The notes under the pieces: model-generated
What the model was told of the DNA's origin: nothing
The model's database searches: none
Seen by the model: the letters and a program-made list of their open reading frames with translations, nothing else
Shown: positions 59,875 through 64,000 of the stretch, in pieces
Layout of the letters: each line of letters opens with the position of its first letter
How positions within the stretch are numbered: position 1 is the stretch's first letter
Program-made: the position numbers and the translations under genes
Assembly (NCBI GenBank): GCA_021613535.1
Contig: CP075492.1
Span: forward strand, 1,922,001-1,986,000
Direction of reading: 5' to 3'
Source of the DNA: Adineta vaga
Taxonomy: Eukaryota > Animalia > Rotifera
Length of the DNA: 64,000 nucleotides

Positions 59875-62303
59875 AAGATATTTGAATAAAAAGATTTTGT
59901 TTTCTTTCTTATTTATATTAAAGACAATTGCTTTAAAGAAATGTGATGATTTAACACATGTCTTATATTCAATATCAAAAGATATTCTTTATGAAGATCT
60001 TCAACAAGGAATAATATCAATTGCACAATGTACTTCAAATGTGTTTAATGTAAAAAAAGATAAATTCTTTCTTTCTTTTTTTTCTCTTGAAAAATCTGAT
60101 TTTAAGGGTGTTAATGGAATATTACAACAACAAACAAAACCACTTGATTTAGATAAAAATCGTGCAAATAATTTTGATGATGAGAATCTTATTGAACAAA
60201 AGAAAATAGTTCATGAAATTTATAATAGAATTCTTAAAATTCGATCATTATTAACTTCTACATTAGATTTTCATTTAAATTTGAATCAAAAATTTTTAAT
60301 TAATACATCAGAAATTTTCATGTCATTTGAAAAACGAACTATTCAATCAATTATCAATCAAACATTGGAAAATGTTCTCATTAAAATACCAATGATTTTT
60401 TCAAATTCTTTTCATCTAAATGAAACAATATTTATTCGAGTCTGATTTTCTTTTTTCATTTTTAATAATTCTTTTGCTTTGTTTTTTTTTTAGTTAATTA
60501 TTGATTCAATAGCATTTTTTGGTAATTCTCATTTCAATACAAATTATTCTAAATCAATTTCATTATCTTTATTTAATAAAAATCAAAATGAAATATTTAT
60601 AAATAGAAATGAAAATGATTCATTTGAAATATTTATTCCTCGTCATGAAAATTTTCAATTACCATCTATGATTTTACAACATGTTACTTTTAATCAGGAA
60701 AATCTATTAATAAAATCAATTAATATTAAACAAAATGAAAATATATCTTATTCAATTCATTTTGAAATTAAACCTTTAAATAAAAATCTTATTTATTTAT
60801 TTATAAATTTAATAGATATTCTCAATATAATAAATGGAATTTATTTTGTTCATCAAATAATTTAAATAATGAAGATCTTTATACTTATTATATTGATAAT
60901 TATCAAACATTTAATAAACATTTAATTATATTTGGTTTAAAAGAATTAACTTTAAATGAAACAGAAGATTATTGTTCAAATAAAACAATTGATAAACTAT
61001 CGTCTCTCTTGATAAATCAAAGAATTCATTATTATACATCGAATTATTTTTTAAGAATTTATTCATCTGCTTGTTATTATCTTGATAAATATAATCAATG
61101 GCAATCTGATGGATTATTAGTATGTTGATTTATATTGAAAAATAGAAAGAAGTTTTTTTTGTTTTCTTATTTGAGGTTGGACCAAAAACGAATCACTATC
61201 AAGTACAATGTTTATCAAATCATTTAAAATGATTATATTTATTGTAGTTTAGAAAAATATGATTGATTATTATTAGAACCTTACAAACATTTTCACTAAC
61301 TTTCTCAAAAAATAATTGTTTTGTTTTATTAAGTCATAAGAGGATGAGAGCAGATTTAGGAATTATGGGAAAAGAATCTAACTCATCCATTCATACTTAA
61401 ATTTATTCTTTTGGATAAAGATTAAAAAATAAAATTAGATAAAAATCTTTTTATTCCACTGTTTTGTTGAGAGGATCACGAACATTAGAAAGGGAGTGTC
61501 TTTTTTTGGTTTTGTATTCTCAATAACAGATAAACTAATGATCGGTTTATGTTTTCCATCTTGAGAATTGTGATGTATGTGGCAGAGCACGAAACGAGGC
61601 AATATTTCATTCATTCGCCTCGCCTCGTGGTCAGCTTTTAAAGATCTTGTTGTGTGGTTGGTTCTTACTGTATCTTCATCCACACCCTCTGCACAAAATC
61701 ATTATGCTATCATTGCTGAGCAGTCTCTAGAATTTTATGTTAAAAATTATATTCAAAGAAAATTGAGGAACATGCACATGACTGATCTTGGATTCTCACT
61801 GATCTATAACGACATCTTCATTTGGGATGAATATCACCAAAGAAAAAATAATGCATCTATTTTTCTTTTTCCTTTTCTCTTCTTCGCGATATTCATGGGT
61901 ATTCGGTTTTATTTACCTCCTCAATCTTCGTATGAACGTGTACTTGCACTTGTCATAATTATATTGCTACCAATTATCGAACGCTTTACATAGATGATGT
62001 CGATTCTAGCTTGATTACCTTTAATTGATTTTCTAATATCATCGCCTAAGCCCCTTTGAGTGTAACGACATCGAGCATAAAAAAGTCTTTATTATATGAA
62101 TAAAAATATACGATGTTTTAGTCGTTCTACGCACCCACATCCGTCCTGTAAAAACGAGTCTGTTCTCTTATTTTCTTTGTCATTTGCTCGTTCTTCTCGT
62201 AACATTAATATATAAAAAAAAAAGCACGCCACAACACAAGAAACGAACGCAGTTGTCAATAACATACTCTATCGTCGTGTATTTACGACTTCTTGGTATA
62301 AAC

Positions 62304-63389
62304 ATGGCGTCTCGCTTCAAAATACTTCTGGTTGAGCCAGAATCACAATCAGTTCTATTTCTCTTGGCAAATCTTTTGGTATTCATTTATGTTTTCTTCT
62401 TTTTTATCGCGTGGCCTTACACATTGTTTTACTTGATTGCTCATCTTGCCGTCTTCTTTGTTATTAATAGACGCTTGTCAGGTGGCCGTTTATATATACC
62501 AAGGAAAAATTTGAAAAAACAAACTGTCGTAGTTACAGGTGCAGCTACAGGAATAGGGCGAGTCACTGCTCTTGAGTTGGCTAAACTTCAAGCACATGTT
62601 ATTGTCGGTATACGTGGTCAAGAAAGAGCTGAACGTGTGGCTCAGGAGCTAAGCAAAGAATCTCATGGAAATGTTATTGGTTATCATCTAGACTTAAGTG
62701 ATTTATCAAGTGTTAAAGCATTTGCTGAAAAGATTGACGAAGTTGATATTTTGATCAACAATGCTGGAGTTGTAAAACAAAATAAAGAACTGACCAAAGA
62801 TGGTTTAGAAAGTACTTTTGGAACAAATCATAGTAAGTCATATTTCTATAATTATTTATTATTTATCTGTCATCTTTTCTTAGTCGGTCACTTCTATCTA
62901 ACTCAACTTCTTCTTCCTTTACTGATTCAGTCAAATGGACGAATCGTTAATGTGAGCAGTATCATGCACATTTTCGCTAGTGAAAACTTTGATTGGTCAA
63001 AAACTAATACTTACAACCACCATGTAGCATACGGGGATTCAAAATTAGCTAATATTCTGCATGTTGTCGAATTGCAACGACGCTATGGTGATCGAGGTAT
63101 CAAGGCCTACTCACTTCATCCTGGTGTCATTATTTCGACTAATCTAGGTGGCGAGAAAACACTTCTACTATCAGTTTTAGCAGCCTCAGTCGGTTTTTTC
63201 TCGAGAACGATCGCCCAAGGTGCAATGACAACCCTGTATTGTGCTTTGTCGGATGAAGCGCAACCTGGAAAGTACCACTCTAACTGTCGAGTAGCTCAAC
63301 CTAGTTCAATTGCCTACAACTGGGAAAAGGCTCAAGAACTGTGGGACTTCAGTGAACAAATCTTAAATGAAAAAGCAAAATATCTGTAG
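62304..63389 (+). CDS. Retinol dehydrogenase 11/12-like short-chain dehydrogenase/reductase with an N-terminal TM region
   Basis: TGAATGIG, LDLSDL, LINNAG, YGDSK and HPG motifs. In-frame 51-nt intron 62833-62883. Confidence 0.92.
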   Translation: MASRFKILLVEPESQSVLFLLANLLVFIYVFFFFIAWPYTLFYLIAHLAVFFVINRRLSGGRLYIPRKNLKKQTVVVTGAATGIGRVTALELAKLQAHVIVGIRGQERAERVAQELSKESHGNVIGYHLDLSDLSSVKAFAEKIDEVDILINNAGVVKQNKELTKDGLESTFGTNHSKSYFYNYLLFICHLFLVGHFYLTQLLLPLLIQSNGRIVNVSSIMHIFASENFDWSKTNTYNHHVAYGDSKLANILHVVELQRRYGDRGIKAYSLHPGVIISTNLGGEKTLLLSVLAASVGFFSRTIAQGAMTTLYCALSDEAQPGKYHSNCRVAQPSSIAYNWEKAQELWDFSEQILNEKAKYL

Positions 63390-63721
63390 TTTTTTTTTCA
63401 ATATCATAATCACTCACAACCTCAGACAGACAGGTGACAATCTTTTCATAAAGATAAAAATAGAGAAATGCCTACTGTATCTTCGCCTACACCCACACTC
63501 ACCATCTTTTTTTTTATTCATGACGTTTGAAGCATTAGTAATATCGTCGTTCTTATTTTCTTCCTATAGGTAAAGAAAAAAAACCGGAATCAAACGATCA
63601 CTCATATTACTAAAGTGAATCGTGTTTAATGATGTGCATTATACGAATATAGAGAAGAAAACAGAAAATAACTATTTGCATTTTTTATTTACATCAAATA
63701 AAGTAATCCTCTCAAATATAC

Positions 63722-64000
63722 ATGGCTACTGAATGCAATAATGTATTCGAGACGATCACTAGAAAATCTATTCGACGATTTCAAAATATTACAAATGATT
63801 CTGGAATTTATACAGTGATCTGGCTTAGGAAGAATTTCAATACAGATAGTGAACGTTTTGAAATACAGAAGAAATTGAAACGAGCTATCAATCATTTCAA
63901 AATTTTTGATGATTTAGATGAATGTGTTGATTATTTAACTGATTTAGAGAATCAAATAGTAATGTTAATAATCTCCGATGCATCTGGACCTATTATTATT
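63722..64000 (+). CDS. N-terminus of a gene running off the window; receiver-like N-terminal domain of the kind preceding ART/TPR modules in rotifers
   Basis: Open frame MATECNNVF..VIWL..LKRAINHFKIFDDLDECVDYLTDLENQIVMLIISD to the window end. Confidence 0.6.
   Translation, partial: MATECNNVFETITRKSIRRFQNITNDSGIYTVIWLRKNFNTDSERFEIQKKLKRAINHFKIFDDLDECVDYLTDLENQIVMLIISDASGPIII

Larger units (their letters stand above)
55627..61232 (+). pseudogene. NHL repeats, Thr-rich stalk, REJ-like region and GAIN/GPS: polycystin-1-like ectodomain with a frameshift near 60800
   Basis: Signal exon, NHL exon (55861), REJ-like exons (LNPGKYS; P.NG.C.INP.NG...T.F.I.C..W.D) and GPS CYYLD...WQSDGL.VGPKTN....CLSNHL followed by K-stop. 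Confidence 0.8.

Overview
AT-rich eukaryotic genomic DNA with short GT-AG introns. The (TGTGGG)n repeats, endonuclease-less Penelope-like (Athena-type) retroelements and expanded NHL, 7TM and polycystin-like families point to a bdelloid rotifer (inference). The window is a TE-rich mosaic. It holds a 5'-truncated Athena-like element (coiled-coil ORF, -1 frameshift signal, intron-containing RT), a second RT fragment with an intact hammerhead ribozyme, a piggyBac, CACT-type DNA transposons (one with a 266-bp hairpin), nested MITEs and a broken integrase. Host genes include NHL proteins, a GPCR, a pentapeptide-repeat protein, a Ly6-like protein, a LamG protein, ECH1, a polycystin-like ectodomain and an RDH-like SDR. 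The most striking unexplained signal is roughly 30 short (20-140 bp) telomere-derived fold-back patches of the form CATCTTGAGGGTGTGGGTG..[AATAGAGAAGAGA or AAGAAGA]..CACCCACACCCTCAAGATG. In the copies checked they lack target-site duplications. They sit exactly where genes and transposons are cut off, bound a recent duplication, and anchor the 3' ends of both retroelements. I interpret them (inference) as scars of RNA-templated, telomerase- or Athena-mediated double-strand-break repair, which may record the template region of the RNA involved.
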